A stretch of 64,000 nt of DNA from Mobula hypostoma. Its lineage: Eukaryota. Positions 12,343 through 24,599 of the stretch are shown piece after piece. The DNA is taken from NCBI RefSeq assembly GCF_963921235.1, contig NC_086118.1:18044001-18108000 (forward strand). Direction: 5' to 3'. The notes beneath the pieces are model-generated. The model was not told the origin of the DNA. It saw nothing but the letters and a program-made list of their open reading frames with translations, and ran no database searches. How positions within the stretch are numbered: position 1 is the stretch's first letter; the number at the start of each line of letters is the position of its first letter. The translations under genes were made by a program, and so were the position numbers.

Positions 12343-13594
12343 GTATGTAAGAACGTCTGTGCATTTAATTTTCATTTATTTTAACTCTTTTCCTAAGAAA
12401 CTCCTTAATGTTGGAAAACAAATTCAGATACTTGAAACCTGGAATAAAAGGAGAGAATCGCTAGCATTACCCAGTGGTCAGGCAATATCTTTAGAGAAAG
12501 AAATGTAGTTAATACTTCAGTATTATGACCTATCATCAGAACTCTTAGCTCTTGTTCTCCTCTCCATGCATTCTTGCTGCCTTTAATAATGGAGTTTGCT
12601 TCCCCAGTTGGCCTGTTAGATTCATGCACTGTGAGGATGTACCAGTTCTTTCAACCCTATGAAAGCTTAGCCACTCTCTGCCAGGGTGCCACTAGCAATG
12701 CGAGAGGAATATTCAGTTTACTTTCTCTTTCTTCATTGCTGTCATCTTAGCTATATTGAAAAGAAATTGCAGACAGGAAGACTAGAGGTGCATTTCTGGT
12801 ACACATTTCTATACCATTAAAATTTAGTTGAATTAAATTCTAAAATCTCTGGACTAAATTCCAGATTCCTATGTTCCTTAGTCCTCAATTTCCTGTACTT
12901 ATAATGTTTAGAATATCATCTTAAATCTGATGGTCTCATAAAATTTCACAGTATTAACACCAAAGGAAACCTTCATCTCACATTTGGAGATATTCCGGAC
13001 CAAACATTTCTGATAAGTGTGTTTCCTGTATTTCCTCTGGGTGAGGAGTTTTTCTTTTGTTAATTTTCCAAACCAGAATTTGTTTTTTGTGTTTTATCTT
13101 CCATTTTATTGTTTCTATTTTTTGTTACTTCCTCTCACAAAAAGAGAAGTGGCCAGCATAGATCAACCATGATCATGTTGAATGGCAGGACAAACTTGAG
13201 AGAGCTGGTGGCCAATACCAACTTCTATTTTATGACATTCTTGTAAAGAAAAACTGATTCAGAAGGGAAGATAATAAAAAAATCGTTGGCTAATGGACAA
13301 ATAACTCTGTTTGTCCAAGAAAGATATTGGTCATTTTTACCTTCTAACTTATTTAGTAAGATTTGAATCTGTGTGTAATGAAGGCAGACTGTGGTGCATT
13401 AGTCATTAGCCCTCCTGTTGGACAGCCCTTATGTTGCCCTTCTTATGGTAGCACCTCTGTTACTTGTCGCAAGAGGTGGGAGGTTTAAAGAGTAGTGCCA
13501 GTCGGGACTTTCTGTTCAGTTTCAGATAGCAGGAATTGTAAAGAGGCACACTGTGATTGTTAACTGTAAACTGGGTAATTAGGCCATTGACAAG

Positions 13595-13776
13595 GTCCAA
13601 TAAATGGTGGAAGTGGATTCAGTTGCAACACTGAAGATGAACTTAGATAGGGAAATGAATGTGAGAGGTGTAGGGGGTCTATGGACTGATTGTGGGTAGA
13701 CAGGACTGGGCAGAATAGAAAAGGTTGGCTTGGACTAGATGTTTCTGTGATGTATTACTCTATAACTCTATGACTA
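13595..13776 (+). mobile_element. CR1 3' end fragment
   Basis: Ends gtttctgtgatgtattactctataactctatgact, the same octamer tail as 47220-47252. Confidence 0.6.
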
Positions 13777-14682
13777 CTTGTCATTACACAAAGTCAATCT
13801 AATTCAAACCCCCTTTCTCATTTTAAAAATAGAGATGAGTTTCAATAAAACTAAATTGAATTATTTCCTAACAAAGGACAAGTTATTACAAATGCCGGTA
13901 CATCCTGCCAGAAAGCCTAATAGATTGATAAGTCCTTTGTCTGATATCGCATATATTACCCTCTAACTTTATGAAAGATCCATTGAAAATTTCCTGTGTG
14001 GACATCTGCTTAAATTCATGTTGACAGTTTGAAATATCAACTATCTTATTCCAATTCATGTGTAAAAATCATCATTGTACCATGCTACATCAGTATCTGA
14101 AAACTCAGTGAACTCAAACTGTTTGATATTGTTCTACTTCAATGACTTTCCTTGTTAACATTAAGTGAAACTTGACAATGCAGGAAGAAATATACTGGTC
14201 TTGTTGACCATAAAGCACAGAGCACTGTTTCCCTTATAATGCATGATGCTATTTTTGTGCATAGTATTGGGATCCAGGAAATGATGGACTTTTTCTTCAC
14301 ATATAATTTTGTAATAGGGTGCTCATTAATTTCCAACTTGTATCTTCTTATACCAAGTGGAAAGAGTGAGTGGGGTGACTTGGTTAAATTGTACAAAGGC
14401 CGCTTTTGGTATATTGCTGGAATTAACTGGGAAAGGTGAAATATGAATGGCCTCTCCTATTTTTCCTTCCTATGGAAAAATGCCTTCACCTGCAGTCAGG
14501 TTTGCAGCTTGTTTTATATGTCTTTAATTGAAAGAAAAATAAGCAAGCAATCTCAGCTTGACACTCTTGCTCCATTGTACACTGCCATGTACAAACAAAA
14601 TAACCTCCCTTTTCATAATGTGGTGTGAAGTTCCTCTAACTATGCTGTGCTATGTGCAGCTTGGCACTGACATAATTTGAAA

Positions 14683-17068
14683 TAGTCTGTGAGCCAGTAG
14701 GGTTGGTCAATACCATCTGAGGGGAATAATGCTCATAGTGATTTTTGGCAAGATATACATCCACAGAGTTAGAAATTATGTGATAGCATTGCACCAGTGG
14801 TAGCTTTATGTATATCTGAGGCCACTTGCAACACATATACATCTTGGGAGTGAATAATTTTTTGGTCAGTTACAGGCCAGTAGATCCAGGATGGCATCGG
14901 GTGCTGGCTGGCCTTCCATCCAGTGCACCACCAACTGTTCAGCTTCCTCTTCTCTCTCCATCTTCCATCCTCTGACAACAGGGCTTGGCACTTGTGGGTC
15001 CTCCTCCAAACATCTTCTCCATATACCAATCTGGTAGTTGGCTCGTTGTGCATGTTTTGTTAAGCAGTCCTTGCATGGTGGGAGTTGATGACTTTCGATT
15101 TCACATTTTTTGGCACAGAAAAGGTGATACCTGAGCTCATTGACCTTGGTGGTCGATACTTTTGGGGCATACAGGAGACATGTAAATGCTTCCAGTTTGT
15201 CCAGTTCTGGGGAGAGATCCCATTCCTGACCCAACTCTTTAAGAATGTGTCCTGAGTTTCCCTGTTGCTGGTCAGAAGTTTTAGGGCACTTGTCTTCCCT
15301 TTGCCTGTAAAAGCACTTACAGTGTCACATCCTATATATGCATGCAACCTGATGAGAGCCCTACAAACCTCTATGCCAACAGTGGCAGCAACCTTCCTGG
15401 TGTCTAAAAGACTTGTACGGGTCCTAGTGCCACACTTCTGGAACAATGGCGCCTCTATCATGTCACAAAATGCTAAAGACATGATAAAGACATCTGTGTC
15501 TTCTGAGCAGATCACTACAGATTGGTGTCCCTCTGTTGTGGCATGGGCAGCATGGAGAAGTAGGTAGCCATCTGCTTCTTCTTGTTGACACTGAAGAGCT
15601 GACACCTCCTCACTGTCTTGAGATGTGATTCTGTAACATTTGTCATTCACAGTTGCATACAGAATCTTCTCCTGTAGCTTTGCTCTGTACTCTGCCTTCC
15701 TCCATTCACGGACTATGAAGCTAATGAGACTATTTTTGTTACTGACTTTGGTCAGGAAGCTCCTCCACTGCCTCACCATCTGTGTGCCTGTGATGCCTTG
15801 CAAGTCATGACCAGTCTCTTCACCCTGTAGAGATCTTTCACTATTCTTGATAGAGTTCTTCTTGTATGTGTTGAACACAACATCTATTCTGCTACTCTGA
15901 CTGCCTTCCCTCAGAGCCATACCCAGAATTGTTGTGGCAACATCTCTGAAAGTAACTTGATCACCTTTCACTCTTTGGACCGAGTTAATTCCATCAACCA
16001 CTGTAGCAGAGTTTCCTGGGAGTTGCTCTTCTACTGCTACATTTTTCTGCAAGGTTGTGGCTAAAGTAGCTTTATTTGTCTTTCTCAGCAATGCTTCTGG
16101 TGTGGACAGGGCCCAGGGCAATGGTCCAAGGGGATGAGAAAGGATATCCTCCATACATAGACTGCACCCTTGTGCCATCACTATGATGTGTTCAAACAAA
16201 GACCTGTCTGCTTTCAAGATGATCGCCCTCCCATTTGATTTCACTTCTCTCTTCTTACACATATCACTGAATGTTTTCAGCTTGTTGGCTTTCATTGGGT
16301 CATGGAATTTCTTTGCTGGTGGGTCTTCCTCTAGTCTCTCATCCTTGAAGGTTGCATAGCATTGCTCACCAATCTCATATGCCTTCATCAGGTCGGAGAC
16401 AATGTCCTTGGGGGCTGCCTTTGCCGTGGAGATGCTAATGAGGTCCCGCTTCTCTGCAAATGGGTTGACCCATTCATGTATGAGGCTAACCACTGCTGAA
16501 ACTGCTTCCTCATCTTTCTGGATTCTTGGCCGCTGTAGCTCCGCATGACAAAGCTCTCTGATTTGTTGCCTTGCACCATCTCCCTTAACTGTCCCAGGAA
16601 TGTACTGTGCTGCTCAGCTGTTATGTAGTAATGCTTGATAGCTCCAGCATTCACGCTGAACCATGATGTGCCTCCAGGAGTCTGTGTGTCTTTGTTCACT
16701 GTGGCTTCAATAGCCTGGTCCACAGGGATCTGCCCAAAGGGGTTGTTACTTGACAGCTGCACTGAGAATTGGACTGTCTTGAAGGCCTCAAACACAGAAG
16801 GAATTTTGTCTAGGAGGTTTGTCATCTGAGCAAAGTAAGGGGACAGGTACCTGGCACAATTCATCTTATAGGCAAAGCACCATGGGATCATGGTTCTTAT
16901 AGCGTGGAGGTGCAACTCCCAGTCCCACTCACAGAAAGCTACTACCGCTGCAATGTTATCACATATTTTCTAGCACTAGGGGTGTATACCTTGCCAAAAA
17001 TCACTATAAGAATTATTCCCCCCAGATGGTACCAGTGGCCCAAACTTGGGGTCCTGGCTCACAGATTA
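14683..17068 (-). mobile_element. Academ (AcademX, XPG-nuclease-encoding) DNA transposon, internally deleted
   Basis: TIRs 14683-14811 (TAGTCTGTGAGCCAG...) and 16931-17068 (...CTGGCTCACAGATTA). AAA on both flanks (14680-82, 17069-71). The minus-strand frames encode a transposase C-terminal part, an XPG/FEN1-like nuclease and a decayed Cys-rich finger, which is the architecture described for AcademX. Confidence 0.8.
14812..16930 (-). pseudogene. Academ transposase-XPG nuclease-Cys finger pseudogene (N-terminally deleted, about 2 frameshifts)
   Basis: Joins ORFs 16388-16915, 15060-16493 and 14866-15234. Motifs: WELHLHAIRTMIPWCFAY, PVDQAIEATVNKDTQTPGG, VVDG, RIDVVF(N), QEEADGYLLLHA, SEDTDVF, GCDTVSAFTGKGKTSALKLL, LPPC...RANYQ..IW, LLACN*PKNYSLPRCIC. 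Confidence 0.8.
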
Positions 17069-18421
17069 AAAAACAGAAATGTTAAATGAGTTTATTTTTC
17101 ATACAGCACATGCTTTTTGTTAGAAAGATTTACTTCAGTCTTGAAAAAAAGCCAGTGCAGATAGGTGAAACAATTTTATTTTCTCTGATGATTGACAACG
17201 ATGCCAACCGGTTCTTTGTAAATTCAAGCCAACCAGAGATAGTTACCCGCAATTCAAAGATAATTGAACTTCCTCACTTTGAAGACCTATTTTCACACCT
17301 GAAATATAAAGTGGAAAAGTTACAATGATATAACTGCTCGTACTCTTTAAGGTTAAGTTAAATACATAATCCTGAAGAAATTTGACGATTATATAATTGC
17401 CCTTTTACCCCATTAAGGCATGCTTAAGATGGAGGAGCATATTTCATTGCCTTGGGCATGTCAATAACAGAAATAAAATGTCCTCAAGAAACTACTGACC
17501 ATGAAATTAGTCCTTCATTGGAAGTATTATCTTCTCAACATTGAATTAATCGAAGACTACAATACTTCCTTAATACAAAGTGTTCTGCTGAAATGTTCTG
17601 TTCCTGTTTTATTTTTCCCTTCAGTATGCTGTTCTATTCATGGGAATAACATGCAAAGACGTTGTTCAAGGATGACAATGAAAACTGATTCCAAAAGATA
17701 GAGCTCTCGTTTGTAGTGACCCATATTCATATTCCCTGGTCACATCCCCATTTAATAACACTACCTAAATTATGGCAAGCCTAAATTACTTATTTAGGTT
17801 TGACTGAAGAGTCTCCCTGAGCAGCATTAACCTACATATCGGCTGCCAGTATTATCCTGTTAACTTGGATTTAACTCCTAACCTTTCAGAGAGAAATTTC
17901 CTCAGTCTCAATCTCTACTTCTGTCGTAATTTAGAAGGTTGATGATATAATAGGAGAAATACTGAGCTCTGGATCCAAATTAATCAGGCACAGCAGACAG
18001 GCATTGACCTTGGAAGATTCAGGGAATTTATATTCTTTCTTTTGCCCTTTCACCTAAAAAATTTCGGCTATTCTTCCTAATAAGTTATTCCAGTGACAGT
18101 GCATGTACTTGCTGTTTGATTTTGGAGATTTACATGTTATCCAGAAAATAAACATCAGAAGCAACTAATTTAATTCAGTTAGATAGGATTGTAGTAAAGT
18201 ACATGCTGTATTAGGTAATCATCCTTGAGATAATCCGAAGTGTCATGGGACTCAAGATTGCTGGTGATTTATCTCAATCTAATTAATACATAGTTGCAAA
18301 ATAAGTTCACACCAGTGAGAGTTATGCAAGTTTGTTGTTAAGTGTGCAGTGTAATCCAGTTGTTTGACAAGACTTGAGAATTCAAAATATGACACGTTTT
18401 TTTTGTGTCTGTCAGCTCCCA

Positions 18422-19790
18422 GAAGACCTTAAGAGATAGGAGCAGAAATAGGCTATGCAGGCCGTTGACCTTTCTCTGCCATTTCATTGTGGCTGGTTTA
18501 TTATCCCCCTCAACCACATTCTCCTACCTCCTTCCAATAACATTTGTTGCCCTGACTAATCAAGAACCAACCAACCTCCACTTCAACTGCTTAATGACTT
18601 GGCCTCCACATCCATCTGTGGCTATGAATTCCAGAGATTCGCTACCCTCTGGCCAAGGAAATTCCACCTCATCTTTGTTCTGAATGGATGTGTCTCAGTT
18701 CTGAAGCTGTGCCCCCAGTCCTAGACTCCCCACTATTGGAAAGATCCTCTCCACAACCTCCCATTCTCCTAAAGTCCTGCAAGTACAGGCCCAGAGCCAT
18801 CAAATACTCTTGATATGTTAACCCTTCCAGTCTGGAATCATTCTCATGAACCTCCTCTGGACCCTCTCCAGCGCCAGCACATCTTTTCTTAGGTAAGGGA
18901 CCCAAAAGTACTCAAAATACTCCAAATGTGGTCTGACAAATGTCTTATAAAGCTTCTGCATTTCGTCCTTGCTTTACTATTCTAGTCCTCTTGTAAGAAA
19001 TGATAACATTGCATTTGCCTTCTTTACCACTGACTCAAGCCTGCAACTTAAACTTTAGGGAATCCCAAGGACTGCCAAGTCCCAGTGCACCTCGATTTTT
19101 GTATGTTCTTCCCTTTTAGCAAATAATCTATGCCTTTATTCTTTCTCGCAAATTAATCATATAATTCCCTACATTATATTTCATCTGCCACTTCTTTGCC
19201 CATTCTCACAATCTGTCCAAGTCCTTCTGCAGATTCCCTTCTTCCTCAACACTGCCTGCCCCTCCGCTTATCTTCCTATCATCTACAAACTTAGCCACAA
19301 AGCCATCAATTCTGTCATCCAAATCATTGACTATAATGTGAAAAGAAGCGGTCCCAATACTGACCCCTGCAAACACTACTAGCCACCAGCAGCCAAACAA
19401 AAAAAACAAGCCCTTTATTCCGAGCACCAGCAGCCAAACAGAAAACAAACCCTTTATTCCCAGCCTTTGCCTCCTGCCAGTCAGCCAATCATCTATCCAT
19501 GCTAGTATCTTTCCTGTAATACTATGGACTCTTATCTTGTTAAGCAGCCTCATGTGCGGCACCTTGTCAAAGGCCTTCTGAAAATCCAAGTATACAACAT
19601 CCACTGACTCTCCTTTGTCTGTCCTACTTGTTATTTCCTCAAAGAACACCAACAAATTTGTCATGCAAGATTTCCCCTTAAGGAAACCATTTTGACTTTG
19701 GGCTATTTTATCATATGCCTCCAAGTACCTTAAGCCTCATCCTTGATAGTGGACTTCAACATATTTCCAACCACAGAAATCAGGCTAACT
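18422..19790 (-). mobile_element. CR1 LINE RT/3' fragment
   Basis: ORF 19206-19724 contains SQNGFLKGKSC, VDVVYLDFQKAFDKVPH and KFVDDRKI. The 3' tail (rc agaccttaagagataggagcag) lies at 18422. A roughly 40-bp tandem duplication lies at 19385-19463. Confidence 0.9.
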
Positions 19791-19994
19791 CCTGTGGTGC
19801 TGAAAAACTGAAATAATGATGGAAATAAGCAGCAGCAGGTCAAGCCACAAATGAAACAGAAAGTGAGAATAATACTTCAATTGATTTGAAGCTTTGAGTA
19901 ACTGCAGTTATATTGTGATATCACTGGCACTCTTATCTCAGGCCTAAGAATATTAAAAGTTGGGCAGCAATACTGCTCCTTGTCACTAAGCAAT

Positions 19995-20570
19995 TACTGT
20001 CTCCAAAGATTCAAGTGAGGATAAGATCTTCTTGCTTGTGATGTCATGATTAGAGAGCTTCATGAATGAATCACCACTGGTAAAGGATGAGACATCCAAC
20101 CTCAGTAAAACATGACATGAGCAGAGAAGACCTTCTCTGCGGATGGGGTGCTGAAGAAGAGTGAAAAAAATCAACTGCCCATTTGACTCCTTCACACAAG
20201 TCAGCATCCCCTCTACTGACTCCATCTGTATTTCCAGCTACCTCAGAAAAGCTCCTCTTCTGATGGGAAGAAGAACGAAAAAACTTGAGAGCATGTACCA
20301 CCAGGCTCATGACCAGCTTCTGTTCTGCTGTTATCAGACTCTTGCATGGACCTCTCATATACTAAAAGATACATTTTTGATCTCCCAAACTACCTCACCT
20401 TTGCACCTACCCTGCACTTCCTCTGTAACTGTATCATTATATCTTGCATTCTGTTTTCCGTTTCACTACCTTGAAATAAATGTGCATGATCTGTCTGGAT
20501 GGCATGCAAATTTAGATGAGTGTAAAGGTCTGCATCTGGTTCGTATTTCTACCAGCTTTCTCAAACTGAA
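19995..20570 (+). mobile_element. Rex1/Babar-type LINE 3' remnant
   Basis: ctgatgggaagaagaacgaaaaaacttgag...ttctgctgttatcagactcttg is a decayed GRR...FFPAVIRLL end, followed by the 3'UTR shared with 29584-29820. Confidence 0.55.
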
Positions 20571-20829
20571 AGGTTAAGTTGTACAAGGAGTAGTATTTTG
20601 ACATGCATTGTTCAACAGAATGACTTTTTGCATTTGAGATAATTAGAGGTGAGTCCTGCCTGTCACAATTCACATGCATAGTGCTATGGATGGTAGATGG
20701 ATACATTACTATGAAACGTGAAAAGGATATGCTCAAGGGAAAAAGAAAGTAATATCGGACATTTATGAATATTAGCTGTTATGGTCATTTAAGGCAATGG
20801 CACTATAGAAATAATATTAACAGGAACTT

Positions 20830-23800
20830 AGGAAGGTAGCATCGAGGTGAGGTAAGTTACTTGTGAAGTATAGGAATAGGAAATATGTCTGTGAGGCCGG
20901 TGTTCTGTACTGGGTGTCAGATGTGGGATGTCTGGGACACTCCCAGCCTCCTGGTCGGCCACATCTGTGCCAGGTGCACAGAGCTGCAGCTCGTCAGGGA
21001 CCGGGTCAGGGAATTGGAGATGCAGTTTGATGACCTTCGTCTGGTCAGGGAAAGTGAGGCGGTGATAGATAGGAGCTACAGGCAAGTACAGTAGTCACAC
21101 CGGGGTCTCAGGAGACAGATAAGTGGGTAATAGTGAGGAGAGGGAAGGGTAAGAGTCAGATACAAGAGAGTAACCCTGTGGCTGTCCCAGGGAGTTAGGA
21201 AAGAAGCTGAGAAAGAGAACCACAAGGGGAGTAATCTTGGGATTACTGCCTCTGCCACGTGACAGTGAGTATAGAAATAGAGTGAGGTGGAGGATAAATG
21301 TGTGGCTGAGAGATTGGAGCAGGGGGCAGGGATTCAGATTTCTAGATCACTGGGACCTCTTTTGGGGCAGGCGTGCCTGTACAATAAGGATGGGTTGCAC
21401 TTGAATCCGAGGCGGATCAATATCCTGGCAGGGAAGTTTGCTAAGGCTACGGGGGAGAGTTTGAACTAGGATTGAAGGGGGGGGGGTGGGGGTGGGGGGG
21501 TGGGAACCAAACTGAAGAGATGGAAGAATGGGTAGTTAGCTCACAAATAGAGAAAGCTTGGAGACAGTGCGAGAGGGAGGATAGGCAGGTGATATAAACA
21601 TAGAAAACATACAGCATAATACAAGCCCTTCGGCCCACAAAGCTGTGCCGAACATGTCCCTACCTTAGAACTATCTAGGCTTTACCCATAGCCCTCTATT
21701 TTTCTAAGCTCCATGTAGCCATCTCAGGATTCTGTGAAAAGACCCTATTGTTTCTGCCTCCACCACCGCCGCCAGCAGCCCATTCCACGCATAGAGAAGG
21801 GATGCGCTCGGACTGATGGTTTGAGATGTGTTTATTTTAATTCAAGGAGTATCATGAACAAAATAGATGAGCTTAGAGCATGGATCAGTACTTGGAGTTA
21901 TGATGTTGTGGCCATTACAGAGACTTGAATGGCTCAGGGGCAGGAATGGCTACTTAGAGTGCTGGGCTTTAGATGTTTCAGCAAGGATAGGGAGGGAGGT
22001 AAAAGAGGTGGGGGCATGGCACTATTGATCAGAGATAGTGTCACGGCTGCAGAAAAGGAAGTGAGTTTCTGCGGGTGGAAATTAGAAACAGGAAGGGGTC
22101 AATAACTCTACTGGATGTTTTTTATAGACCACCCAATAGTAACAGGGACATTGAGGAGCAGATAGGGAGATAGAGTCTGGAATGGTGCAATAAAAACAAG
22201 GTTGTTGTAATGGGATATTTTAATTTCCGCAATATTGATTGGCATCTCCCTAGAGCAATGGGTTTAGATGGGGTGGAGTTTGTTAGGTGTGTTCAGGAAG
22301 GTTTTCTGACACAATATGTAGATAAGCCTACAAGAGGAGAGGCTGTACTTGACCTGGTATTCAGAAAAGAACCTGGTCAGGTATCAGGTCTCTCAGTGGG
22401 AGAGCATTTTGGAGATAGTGATGACAATTCTATCTCCTTTACCATAGCATTGGAGGGGGATAGGAGCAGGCAAGTCAGGAATACGTTTAATTGGAGTAAG
22501 GGGAAATATGAAACTATCAGGCAGGAACTTGGAAGCATAAATTGGGAGCAGACGTTCTCGGGAAATGCATGGCAGAAATGTGGCAAATGTGGATATTTGC
22601 GTGGCGTTCTGCATAGGTATGTTCCAATGATGGAAAGGACGGTAGGGCACAGGAACTGTGGTGCACAAAGGCTGCAGAAAATCTTGTCAAGAAGAAAAGA
22701 CAAGCTTACGAAAGGTTCAATAAACTAGGTAATGATAGAGATCTAGAAGATTATAAGGCTAGCAGGAAGGAGCTTAAGAATGAAATCAGGAGAGCCAGAA
22801 GGGGCCATGAGAAGGCCTTGGCGGACAGGATTCAGTAAAACTCCAAGGCATTCTACGAGTATGTGAACAGCAAGAGGATAAGACGTGAGAGAATAGGACC
22901 AATCAAGGGAGTAGAGATAGCCCAGGAAATTATAGACCAGTGAGTCTTACTTCAGTAGTTGGTAAGTTGATGGAAAATATCCTGAGAGGCAGGATTTATG
23001 AACATTTGGAGAGGCATAATATGATTAGGAATAGTCAGCATGACTTTTTCAAAACCAGGTCATGCCTTACAAGCATGAATGAATTTTTTGAGGATGTGAC
23101 TAAACACATTGATAAAGATAGATCAGTAGATGTATATGGATTTCAGCAAGACATTTGATAAAGTACCCCATGCAAAGCTTATTGAGAAAGTAAAGAGCCT
23201 GGGATCCAAGGGGATTTCGCTTTATGGATCCAAAATTGGCTTGCCCATGGAAGGCAAAGAGTGGTTGTAGACGGATCATATTCTGCATGGAAGTCGGTTA
23301 CCAGCGGTGTGCCTCAGGGATCTGTTCTGGGACGCCTTCTCTTCATGATTTTTATATATGACCTGGATGAGGAAGTGGAGGGATGGGTTAGTAAATTTGC
23401 TGATGACACAGATGTTGGGGGTGTTGTGGATAGTGTGGAGGGCTGTCAGAGGTTACAGCGGGACATTGATAGTATACAAAACTTGGCTGAGAAGTAGCAG
23501 ATGGAGTTCAGACCAGATAAGGTGAAGTAGTTCATTTTAATAGGTCAAATATGATGGCAGAATATAGTATTAATTGTAAGTCTCTTGGTAGCGTGGAGGA
23601 TCAGAGGGATCTTGGGGGCCGAGTCCATATGACACACAAAGCTGCTGTGCAGGCTGACTGTGTGGTTAAGAAGGCATATAGTGTATTGGCTTTCATCAAC
23701 CATGGGATTGAGTTTAAGAGCCGAGAGGTAATGTTACAGCTATATAGGACCCTGGTTAGACCCCACTTGGAGTACTGTGCACAGTTCTGGTCACCTCACT

Positions 23801-24291
23801 ACAGGAAGGATGTGGAAACTATAGAAAGGGTGCAGAGGAGATTTAGAAGGATGTTGCCTGGATTGCAGAGCATGCCTTATGAGAATAGGTTGAGTGAACT
23901 TGGACTTTTCTCCTTGGAGCGACATAGGATGAGAGTTGACCTGATAGAGGTGTATAAAATGATGAGAGGCATTGATCGTGCGGATGGCTTTTTCCCAGGG
24001 CTGAAATGGTTACGAGAGGGCACAGTTTTAAGATGCTTAGAAGTAGGTACAGAGGAGATGTCAGGGGTATGTTTTTTATGCAGAGTGGTGAATGTGTGGA
24101 ATGGGCTGCCGGCGATGGTGGTGGGGGCAGATATAATAGGGTTTTTTAAGAGAATCTTGGATAGGTACATGGAGCTTAGAAAAATAGAGGGCTATGGGTA
24201 ATCCTAGGTAATTTCTAAAGTAAGTTTATGTTTGGCACAGCAGTGTGGGCCGAAGGGTCTGTATTGTGCTGTAGGTTTTCTATGTTTCTAT
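20830..24291 (+). mobile_element. Near full-length CR1 LINE (ORF1 zinc finger/esterase + ORF2 APE-RT), decayed, with internal deletions
   Basis: ORF1 MSVRPVFCTGC...HICARCTELQL and DGLHLN. ORF2 VYFNSRSI, VAITET, FNFRNIDW, SGVPQGSVLG, KFADDT, LVRPHLEYCAQFWSP. Tail ttttctatgtttctat. Deletions near 21188 and 22907 relative to the copy at 59795-63493. Confidence 0.93.
21592..21790 (-). mobile_element. 5'-truncated CR1 3' end inserted antisense into a similar CR1
   Basis: Reverse complement of about 24093-24291. It interrupts ggtgATAGAGAAGGG, which is uninterrupted in the second copy near 62600. Confidence 0.88.
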
Positions 24292-24452
24292 ATCTTTCTA
24301 ACTAAGTGTAAATCTATATGAATTTTTAGTGGAAGGGTTGCGTATTGGTCCGTTTTGATGTTTTTTTAATCAGATGATGGAATGAAATGAAATCATACCA
24401 TTAATTCACTAGCCTGATACTTATTTGTATTTTTGTTCCCTTAATTTAACAG

Positions 24453-24575
24453 ATACTTCTGACTAATAAAGAAATTAATCCAAAGGAGCTAGACTTCCTG
24501 CTTCGTTTTCCAGCCCAGCCTGGTGTATCTACCCCTGTGGATTTCCTTTCCAACCAGTCGTGGGGTGGCATTAAG
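24453..24575 (+). CDS. DNAH9: Dynein heavy chain exon E
   Basis: Acceptor cccttaatttaacAG, donor AAG|GTATGA. 123 nt, phase 0-0, [41 protein letters not shown]. Found by reading the sequence; too short for the ORF track. Confidence 0.93.
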
Positions 24576-24599
24576 GTATGAATTTCTGACCTTGTGTTA

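Noticed and set aside
15060..16493. The 477-aa ORF as a nested host gene (e.g. a novel FEN1/XPG-family nuclease)
   Set aside because: Intronless, non-ATG start, frameshifted at both ends relative to continuing homology, and enclosed by TIRs with a TSD, so it is better explained as a transposon pseudogene.
17069..17420. Extension of the Academ element past 17068 (ORF 17086-17328)
   Set aside because: Inverted similarity stops at 14683/17068 where the AAA duplication lies, and the ORF has no recognisable motif.
19385..19463. Tandem ~40-bp repeat as a CRISPR-like or functional array
   Set aside because: Only two adjacent units with no unique spacer, inside a CR1 RT region of a eukaryotic genome; a simple tandem duplication.
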